Below are positions 43,492 through 51,472 of a DNA stretch of 64,000 nucleotides, in pieces; position 1 is the first letter of the stretch, and each line of letters starts with the position of its first letter. The position numbers and the translations under genes were made by a program. Source of the DNA: an uncultured Thermoleophilaceae bacterium (GTDB lineage: Bacteria > Actinomycetota > Thermoleophilia > Solirubrobacterales > Thermoleophilaceae). The stretch is taken from positions 84,794-148,793 of the forward strand of contig CAVTGV010000003.1 of NCBI GenBank assembly GCA_963734365.1. The letters run 5' to 3'. The notes below the pieces were generated by a model. That model saw only the letters and a program-made list of their open reading frames with translations. It was not told where the DNA came from and did not search any database.

Positions 43492-45187
43492 ATGGCAACT
43501 GAGTACGTAGACGCAGGATCTGCCATCCCCTACGCGACCCTGAGCACCTCGGTCGGCAAGGCCCCGCCGGTGACCAAGGGCGTCAACTACGAGCGGATCG
43601 TCAATGCTCGTGATGAACCGCAGAACTGGCTGACCTACTACGGCGCCTACAACGGGCAGCGCTACAGCCCGCTCGACCAGATCAACGCGAGCAACGTCGG
43701 GCAAATCACTCCTCAGTGGGTGTTTCAGGCCGGCAACACCGGCCTGCGCTCGGGCGCGACGACCTACGCGTGGGAGGCCTCGCCGATCATCGTGGACGGG
43801 GTCATGTACGTCTCCGGCTGGGACGGCCAGCTGTGGGCGCTCGACGCGACGAACGGCCAGGAGCTGTGGCGCTACAGGCACGCGTCCCCGTTCGACGTGT
43901 CGCTGTGCTGCGGCAACGTCAACCGCGGGGTTGCCGTAGCCGAGGGCAAGGTCTTCATGACCACCCTGAACGCCCACATCATCGCGCTCGACGCCGAGAC
44001 CGGCAAGAAGATCTGGGACAAGCCCTTCGGCGATGTGCGGGCCGGCGAGAGCGCCACCGTCGCTCCCCTGGTCGTGAAGGACATGGTCATCGTCGGAAGC
44101 TCCGGCGGCGAGTTCGGGGTGCGCGGCCACACCGACGCGTTCAATCGCGAGACCGGGGAGCACGTCTGGCGCTGCTACATGATCCCGAAGCCCGGGGAGC
44201 CGGGCTCCGAGACCTGGCCCGCAGACGGCGAGGCCTGGCAGCGGGGCGGGGCGAACTGCTGGATCACGCCCAGCTACGACCCGGACCTGAACCTCCTCTA
44301 CTACGGGACCGGCAATCCGTGTCCGGACTTCGACGGAGGGGTCCGCGAGGGCGACAACCTATTCACCGATTCCGGTGTCGCCGTGGACGCCGACACCGGC
44401 GAGATCAAGGCGCACTTCCAGTACACCCCGCACGACCTGTGGGACTACGACTCCGTCGATGGAGCACCTCCTGTTCGACCTCGATGGGCAGAAGCTGGCC
44501 GCCCACTTCGACAAGAACGGGTTCCTCTACATCCTGGATCGCACGGACATGTCCGCGGTCCGGGTGGTGCCGTTCGTCGATCGCATCGACTGGGGCGAGG
44601 TCGACGAGAAGGGCAACGTGACGCCGAAGGTCTACCCCGACAAGGAGGGCGACCCGGTGCACTTCTGGCCGGGCCCGGCGGGCGCCAAGGAGTGGACGCA
44701 CGCCTGCTACAGCCCGGATACCGAGCTCCTGTACGTCCCTGTGCAGGACGTGGGCGCGACGGCCACGCGGCGGCGCAGGGAGTTCAAGGAGAGCATCCCG
44801 TACTGGGGCGCCGGCGTCGCCGTTGACGCCGACGACCAGACCGGTTACGTGAGCGCCTACGACCCGCGCACAGGCCAGGAGCGCTGGCGCTGGACCAGCC
44901 CGAAGGACCTGTGCATGTGCTCGTCGCTGCTGGCCACGGGCGGCGGCCTCGTTTTCGGGGGCGAGCCCAGCGGGGAGTTCAACGCGTGGAACGCCGAGAG
45001 CGGTGACCTGCTGTGGCAGTTCCAGTGCGGCAGTGGGCACCACTCGAGCCCGTCGACCTACAGCGTCGACGGACGCCAGTACATCGTCGCGCCGAGCGGC
45101 TGGGGCGGTTGGGCCGAGGGCTTCCTGCCCAAGATGCTCGGGTCGGGCCACGGCAGCGCGCTGTTCGCGTTCGCCCTGCCCGAGTAG
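43492..45187 (+). pseudogene. PQQ-dependent alcohol dehydrogenase, methanol/ethanol family, with a D-Y-D lanthanide-type signature; frameshifted near 44452-44460
   Basis: RBS GGAAGGAG. NWLTYYGAYNGQRYSPL, vicinal SLCCGNVNRG, GNPCPDF...GDNLFTDS, TPHDLWDYDSV. Continues in another frame as EHLLFDLDGQKLAAHFDKNGFLYILDR... Confidence 0.9.
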
Positions 45188-45206
45188 CGGCGGCAGCCAA
45201 GAATGC

Positions 45207-45234
45207 GGGGCCGGCCGCCTAGGCGGCCGGCCCC
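45207..45234. terminator. Perfect 28-nt palindrome GGGGCCGGCCGCCTAGGCGGCCGGCCCC downstream of the PQQ-ADH
   Basis: Read from the sequence. It would fold as a 12-13 bp GC stem. It lies 20 nt after the TAG stop at 45185-45187. No U-tract. Confidence 0.5.
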
Positions 45235-45325
45235 ACTACCTCCAAATGCGGATGTTCACGTGCGCACCGAGGTTGCCGGCGGAGCTCGCCGATCGCCTCG
45301 CGGAGCCTAGGGTCCACGCTCGACC

Positions 45326-45997
45326 ATGATCGGCACGCTGCTGCTCGTGGGGATCACCCTCAGCTTGGACAACTTCCGGACCGCGCTCGCGCTCGGGGCG
45401 CTTCGGCTCACCCGGCGCCGCGCCCTGCACGTCGCCCTGGTGTTCGGGTTCTGGGATGGCGTCGCACCGAAGACGTGCTGGGGCGAGTCGAGGGCCCTCG
45501 GTGGGGATACTGATCGCGGCGCCGGTGACTATCGCCGGCAATTGCGACAGGACCGCCATCCCGAGGCTCGGCCAGCCCGGGTACCTGAGCCCCGTGCCGA
45601 ACGGCATCATGGCGGCAACGGCCTCCTGCCGGTCAGGCGCGGCGTCTGCGTCGAGCTTTGGGCTCCCTCGTAGCTAGGGGCGTACGGGCTGTATCTCATC
45701 ATTCACGCTTGGCTAACACCGGCGGAGGAGCTGGACGAGCGATGGGCGCTGTTTGGCCTTCCTCTGCCGCTGAGCCTCGACAACGTGGTCGCTGGCACCA
45801 GCCTGGGCTTACTTGGGTACTCGCCCTGGCTCGCGCCCCCGCTCTTCGGCGCTATCACTTTCCTGATGACGTTCGTCGGGTTGGAGCTGGGGAAAGCAGC
45901 CACCCGCTTCATACACATCCGGGCCGATCTCCTGACGGGCGTGGCGCTCATCATCGTGGCGGTTGTTGGAGGACTAGGGCTGGACGGGTTGCATTAG
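45326..45997 (+). pseudogene. mntP: MntP-like (DUF204) manganese efflux pump, central region disrupted
   Basis: The first half-repeat LSLDNFRTALALGA...VFGFWDGVAP and the second PLSLDNVVAGTSLGLLG...FVGLELG are in the same frame. About 200 nt of non-membrane-like sequence with an in-frame TAG (45671) separates them. Confidence 0.5.
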
Positions 45998-46027
45998 GGT
46001 GGAAGGCCGAACAGCGCCGATCATCCG

Positions 46028-46639
46028 TCAGCCGTCGGCACCATCGACCGCGCGCAGGGCGGGCCAGGCGTCCGAGGCGGACTCGTCGAGCTCCGCGGAC
46101 AGGGCTTCGCTCTCGAAACGGGCGAGCGCCTCCTCGCACGACGCGACGGCTGTGGCGGCTTCCTCGCCCCCGGGCGCCTCGAAGTAGTCGCGCGCGCGGA
46201 TCGCGGCGAGCCACTTCTGGTGGCGGGCAAGGTCGACGTCGGACTCCTCGAGCTCGGTATATGTCGCCCGGCCGCGGCGGCGCTCCTGCTCGAGCTCCTC
46301 GTGAAACTGCCGCGTGCTCTCGATCAGCTCGCGGTACTCGTCGGCCCGCTCGCGCTGCATCGAGTCGATGACCCCGGCCTCCTGCCTTGCATCTGTCAGC
46401 TGGATGCGAAGCATCTCGCCGCGGCCGTCCTCCGCGCGCAGGCGCGTCACGAGCCGCGTCGTGGCCCGCGTGGTCTTCGGCGTGGCCGGGAGCACGCACA
46501 CCGATTGCTGGAGGTAGTGGGCGCCGAGGCGGCGCAGGTTGCGCCAGGCGTAGACGCGCAGCGTCGACGATGCGCCGCCCGGCGTGGAGACCGTGATCAG
46601 CAGCCAGTCGCGTGCCAACGTAGGACCATGATTCCACAC
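46028..46639 (-). CDS. ChrB N-terminal-domain-like protein
   Basis: DWLLITVSTPGGASSTLRVYAWRNLRRLGAHYLQQSVCVLP resembles the ChrB N-terminal domain by recall. Start uncertain (GTG 46639, ATG 46672 or ATG 46681). Confidence 0.55.
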   Translation of the reverse strand: MWNHGPTLARDWLLITVSTPGGASSTLRVYAWRNLRRLGAHYLQQSVCVLPATPKTTRATTRLVTRLRAEDGRGEMLRIQLTDARQEAGVIDSMQRERADEYRELIESTRQFHEELEQERRRGRATYTELEESDVDLARHQKWLAAIRARDYFEAPGGEEAATAVASCEEALARFESEALSAELDESASDAWPALRAVDGADG

Positions 46640-46679
46640 GCACGCTTCGCGGTTGCGCGGTCGACGTATCATTCGTTTC

Positions 46680-49203
46680 ATGGCGAGCGCAACGCCGGCG
46701 TCGCGTCCCGCCGATGGGGCGCCGGCTGTCCCGGTCCACGCAGAGCCGCTCGCGGCCCTGTGGGAGCGGACCGGCAGTCGCCCGGGCGGACTGACGCCCG
46801 AGGAGGTCGAGCAGCGGCGCGGCACAGCGGCGGTGCGGACCGAGGGCAGCCAGACCATGGCGGTTCTCGGGGAGCTGGTCGAGTCGGTCGTGGAGCCCCT
46901 CCAGCTGCTGCTGGTAGCGGTCGGCGTGCTCTCGGCGATCTTCGGGGAGCTGCGCGACGCGATCGCGATCTTCGCGATCATCGCGCTGGTCAGCGCCGTC
47001 GAGGCGATCTCCGAGGTGCGGGCGAAGCGCGCGCTTCGGGCGCTGCGCGACCTCAGCGCCCCCAACGCGCTCGTCCGGCGCGCGGGCACCGTGGCCGCAG
47101 TTCCGGTCGACGCGCTCGTCATCGGCGACGTGCTGCTCGTCGAGGCCGGCAGCGTGGTGGCCGCCGATGCCCGCGTCGTCGAGGCCGACGGCCTGGCCAC
47201 GGACGAGTCGCGGCTGACGGGCGAGCCTGTGGCGGCTGCCAAGGGACCCGAGCCGGTCGCTGCCGACGCGCCGCTCGCCGAGCGGTCCTCGGTGCTCTAC
47301 GCCGGCAGCGCCGTCGTGTCCGGAGCCGGCGAGGGTGTCGTGGTCGCGGTGGGGCCGGACACCGAGATCGGGCGTCTCGGGCGACTTGTCGCGGAGGCCA
47401 GGGAGCCGCCCACGCCGCTTCAACGCGCGATGGCGGAGCTGGCGCGTGCGGCGCTCATCGTGGCCGTTACCGCATGCGTGGTCGTGCCGCTCATCGGCGT
47501 GCTCCGCGGCCAGCCCGCACGCGAGATGCTGCTCGACGGGCTGACGCTCGCGTTCGCCACGATCCCCGAGGAGCTGCCGATCCTCGTCACCGTGCTGGTG
47601 GCGATCGGCGGCCTGCGCCTGGCGCAGCGGGGTGTTCTTCTCCGGCGGCTGCGCGCCGCCGAGGCCGTCGGCGCGATGACCGTGCTGCTCGCCGACAAGA
47701 CCGGGACGCTGACCGAGAACCGGCTGCTGATCGAGCGCATCGACGGCGACCGCGAGCACGTGCTGACCGTCGCCGCCGCGGCGCACGGGGCGGCGGCCGC
47801 ACAGGACCCGGTTGATCGCGCGCTGGCGGACGCCGCCGGCGAACGAGCGTCGAGCGAGCGGCCGGCGCGGAATCCGTTCGACCCGGTGCGCCGGCGCGAG
47901 AGCGCGGTGTGGCGGGAGGCCGACGGCGCCTGGGTGGCCGTGAAGGGCGCGCCGGAGGCCGTGCTGGAGGCGTGCGCGATGTCCGAGGCGGACCGCGCAG
48001 CCGTGCTCGAGCGCGTCGGGCGGCTCGCAGACGACGGGTTACGGGTCATCGCCGTGGCGGAGCGTCGCGTCGCCGCGGTTCCGGGCGATGCCGCCGACGC
48101 CGAGACCGACCTCGCATTCGTGGGTCTGGCCGCCTTCCGCGATCCGTTGCGCCCCGGGGTGCGCGAGGCCGTGGCCGAACTCGCCCATGCGGGCGTGCGG
48201 ACGATCGTCGTCAGCGGCGACCACCCCGAGACGGTCGCCGCGACCGCGCGCGAGGCGGGGGTCAACGAGTTCCAACGTCATGCACGGCGGCGCGCCCCTC
48301 GCCGCGCTCGACGACGACGAGCTCGCTGAGCGGCTGCGTGGCGAGGCCGTCATCGCCCGTGCCACGCCCGAGGACAAGCTGCGGCTCGTCAGCGTCCTGC
48401 AGGACAGAGGAGAGGCCGTCGCGGTCACCGGCGATGGCGTCAACGACGCACCCGCTCTCGCCGCGGCGAACGTCGGCATCGCGATGGGCGCGCGCGGGAC
48501 CGATCTCGCCCGCGAGGCGTCCGATCTCGTGCTCGTCGACGACGCCTACCCGACGATCGTCGGCGCCGTCGAGGGCGGTCGCGGCCTCGCCTCCCAGCTC
48601 CGGCGTGCGGTCGCGTTCTACCTCGGCGCCAAGGTCGCGCTCATCGTGGTCGTCGCCGTGCCGCTGGTGCTGGGGCTCCCCGCCCCGTTCCACCCGGTCC
48701 ACATCGTCATCCTGGAGCTGTTCATGGACGTCGGCGCGTCGGTGGCCTTCGTCTCCGAGCCACCGGCGCCGGGCGCCATGGACCAGCCCCCGCGCGATCC
48801 TGCGCGCCGGTTCCTCGACGACACGCAACTGTCCGCCATCGCGCTCACGGCCGTGGCGCTCACGGCCGCGGTCCTTCCGACGTTCCTCCTCGTCGAGGCG
48901 CGGTGGGGCACCGACATGGCGATCGCCGCCGCCGTGGCCGGTTGGCTCGTCGCGAACGTGGCGATCGCGTGGACGCTGCGCGCCCGGCCGGGTCTGGCCT
49001 GGCGGAGCAACGTCGCGTTCCCGGCGTGGGCGCTGATCGCCGTCGCCAGCGCGGTGATGCTGTCCCTCACCGCGGCCGGGGCCACGCTCGGCGTGGACCC
49101 GCTGACCGCCCGAGCGGCCGGTATCACGGTCGGCGTCGCGGCGGCCGGGGTCGCCCTCGCCGCCGCAGGACGCGTCGCGCTGTCGCTCTCCCGGCGTCTC
49201 TGA
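46680..49203 (+). pseudogene. Cation-transporting P-type ATPase (P2-like), frameshifted near 48262-48278
   Basis: DKTGTLTEN phosphorylation motif in the first frame. [11 protein letters not shown] and C-terminal TM helices in the second frame (tracked ORF 48088..49203). Confidence 0.85.
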
Positions 49204-49221
49204 TCCGCGCTGCGTGCGCGA

Positions 49222-49239
49222 CAGCGCCCGCAGGCGCTG
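49222..49239. terminator. Hairpin CAGCGCC-CGCA-GGCGCTG after the ATPase stop
   Basis: 7-bp stem read from the sequence. An upstream GCGCTG (49208-49213) could pair with the same arm instead. Confidence 0.3.
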
Positions 49240-49447
49240 CGTCCGCCACGTGACGCCCCGCGCGCCACCCGAGGACGACTGCGCCGTGTTTGGGCTAGCA
49301 CGGCTCGGCCGTGAAGTGCTCGTACGACGTTCTACCGAGCGCCGTGTGCGTCGGGATCTGAGGCTCCGCTGTCGACTGTCGCGACACTTCGGCGGCTGCA
49401 ATCGTTCGGTAGAGTAGGCGCTCTGTACCCGAAGAGGGAGACGGCGT

Positions 49448-49522
49448 ATGAAGTGGATCAAGCCTGAGTTCGAGATCATCGACCTCTGCACCGAGGTCAC
49501 CCTCTACCTCTACAACCGGTAG
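49448..49522 (+). CDS. pqqA: PQQ precursor peptide PqqA (24 aa): MKWIKPEFEIIDLCTEVTLYLYNR
   Basis: Not in the ORF track. GGGAG RBS about 7 nt before the ATG. Conserved E-x-x-x-Y (EVTLY) and (K/W)KP N-terminus. Lies immediately upstream of pqqB. Confidence 0.85.
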   Translation: MKWIKPEFEIIDLCTEVTLYLYNR

Positions 49523-49564
49523 TCAAGAGCCCACAGCGGGCGTGGCCTCCTCGGCTGCGTCCCG

Positions 49565-50475
49565 GTGGTGCCACACGTGCGAGTTCGAATTCTGGGCTCG
49601 GCCGCCGGCGGGGGATTTCCGCAATGGAACTGCCATTGCGAGACGTGTGAGGCCGCGCGCGTCGGTGAACGCGCGCGCCCTCGTACGCAGTCGTCGCTGG
49701 CGATCCGCGGTGACGAGGGGCCATGGTTTCTCGTCAACGCCTCACCCGACGCGCGCCAGCAGCTCGAGGCGCTCCCAGCTCGTGAGCTGAACGGCGTCCG
49801 GGTCCCGCCGGTCAGCGGCGTGCTGCTGACGGATGCGGAGATCGACCACACGGCAGGGCTTCTGCTCCTGCGGGAGTCGCAGGCGCCGGTGCGGATATTC
49901 GGCGCCGAGGGCGTCGAGCACGCGCTGCAGGAGCGGCTTTCCCGTGCTGGAGATCCTGGAGCGCTACTGCGGCGCCGAGTGGCAGACGCTCGAGCCGGAG
50001 CGGGCGAGGCAGCTCGAGGGGTCGAGCCTCACGGTCGAGCCGTTCGAGACGGGCGGCGACGCGCCGCGCTACCTGGACGGGCTCGGACGCCCAGCTTCAG
50101 GCCAGCGGGTTCGTCTTCCGTGACGGCGGGAGCGGCGGCGTCGTGACCTACGTCCCCGGTCTCGCCCGGCTGGACGACGGCGTGCTCAGCCGGCTCGCCG
50201 CGTCCGACGTCGTGCTCGTCGACGGCACCTTCTGGCGCAACGACGAGCTCGCCCGGCTCGGCATCTCGACGCGCAGCGCCCGCGACATGGGACACCTGCC
50301 GCTCTCCGGGCCCGACGGGACGCTCGCGGCGCTCGAGCGGCTCGAGCGACCGCGCAAGGTGCTCGTCCACATCAACAACACGAACCCGATCCTGCTCGAG
50401 GACTCCCCCGAGCGGGAGGCGGTCCGAGGCGCGGGCGTGGAAGTTGCCTACGATGGCCTCGAGATCGAGCTATGA
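49565..50475 (+). pseudogene. pqqB: PqqB (metallo-beta-lactamase fold), with two frameshifts (about 49930-49942 and about 50070-50090)
   Basis: RILGSAAGGGFPQWNCHC in frame 2. FPVLEILERYCGAEWQTL...APRYLDG in frame 0. ASGFVFRDGGSGGVVTYVPGL...HINNTNPIL...VAYDGLEIEL in frame 1. Confidence 0.85.
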
Positions 50476-51212
50476 CGGAAATCGCCACCAAGCTCACGAC
50501 CGGCGAGCGCGCGCCATGGCCGCCCGAGGAGTTCGTCGCGCAGCTGCGCGCGCAGGGGACGCGCTACCACAACCTGCACCCCTTCCACAGGCGGATGGAC
50601 GCCGGCGAGCTCACGCGCGAGGAGCTGCAGCGCTGGGTCGCGAACCGCTTCTACTACCAGAAGTGCATCCCGCTGAAGGACGCGGCGATCCTGTCGAACT
50701 GCCCAGAGATCGAGGTACGGCGGGAGTGGATCGGGCGCATCATCGACCACGACGGCACGAGCGACGGAACGGGCGGCATCGAGTCGTGGCTGCGGCTCGG
50801 CGAGGCGCTCGGCGTCTCGCGGGAAGAACTGGTCTCGGAGCGGCGCGTGCTGCCGGCGGTGCGCTACGCGGTCGACGCCTACGTGAACTTCGCGCGCCAG
50901 AAGCCGTGGATCGAGGCGGTCGCGTCCTCGCTCACCGAGCTCTTCGGTCCGGCCGCGATCCGCGTGCGGCTGGAGGCGCTCGAGCGGCACTACGAGTGGA
51001 TCGACCCCGCCGGGCTCGAGTACTTCCGCGCGCGGCTCGTGCAGGCTCCACGCGACGCCCAGTACGCACTCGACCTCACCGTCGACCGCTGCCGGACGCG
51101 GGAGCAGCAGGAGGCCGCCGTGGCCGCGCTCCGGTTCAAGACGGAGATGCTGTGGGCCCAGCTCGAGGCAATCGAACGCGGCGACACGCAGCCGCCGGGG
51201 CCGGACGCTTGA
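50472..51212 (+). CDS. pqqC: Pyrroloquinoline-quinone synthase PqqC
   Basis: 246 aa. HPFHRRMDAGELTREELQRWVANRFYYQ...NCPEIEVRREWI is typical of PqqC. Overlaps the pqqB stop. Confidence 0.95.
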   Translation: MTEIATKLTTGERAPWPPEEFVAQLRAQGTRYHNLHPFHRRMDAGELTREELQRWVANRFYYQKCIPLKDAAILSNCPEIEVRREWIGRIIDHDGTSDGTGGIESWLRLGEALGVSREELVSERRVLPAVRYAVDAYVNFARQKPWIEAVASSLTELFGPAAIRVRLEALERHYEWIDPAGLEYFRARLVQAPRDAQYALDLTVDRCRTREQQEAAVAALRFKTEMLWAQLEAIERGDTQPPGPDA

Positions 51213-51472
51213 CCGGCCCTCGCCTGGCCACCGGCGCGCGGCTGCAGTACGACGACGTGCGCGAGGAGCACCTGCTGCTGGTGCCGGAGGGCGCCGTGCG
51301 GCTAAACCCCACCGCAGCGGCCGTGCTCGAGCTGTGCGACGGGGAGCGCTCGGTCGACGAGATCGCGAGCACCCTCGCGGAGCGCTACGAGGGCTCGGAT
51401 CTGCGTGGTGACGTCCAGGAGCTGGTCGAGGGCCTGGCCCAGAAAGGACTCGTGGTCGATGGATCAGCCTAG
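51209..51472 (+). CDS. pqqD: PqqD (PqqA-binding chaperone)
   Basis: ARLQYDDVREEHLLLVPEGAVRLNPTAAAVLELCDGERSVDEI. TTG 51209 overlaps the pqqC stop (CTTGA). Confidence 0.8.
   Translation: MTGPRLATGARLQYDDVREEHLLLVPEGAVRLNPTAAAVLELCDGERSVDEIASTLAERYEGSDLRGDVQELVEGLAQKGLVVDGSA

Noticed and set aside
46679-46682. Back-to-back overlapping start codons (CATG) of the ChrB-like and ATPase genes
   Set aside because: This would leave no promoter space. A downstream start (GTG 46639) for the ChrB-like gene is equally compatible with the conserved domain, so the overlap is probably an ORF-calling artefact.
45951-47815. ORFs 45951..47786 (-) and 46220..47815 (+)
   Set aside because: These are shadow frames of the ChrB-like and P-type ATPase genes, with Arg/Gly/Pro-rich composition.
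49208-49239. Mutually exclusive hairpins (GCGCTG / CAGCGCC / GGCGCTG) as an attenuator for pqqA
   Set aside because: The stems are short (6-7 bp). The element is about 210 nt upstream of pqqA and directly after the ATPase stop, so a simple terminator is the more economical reading.
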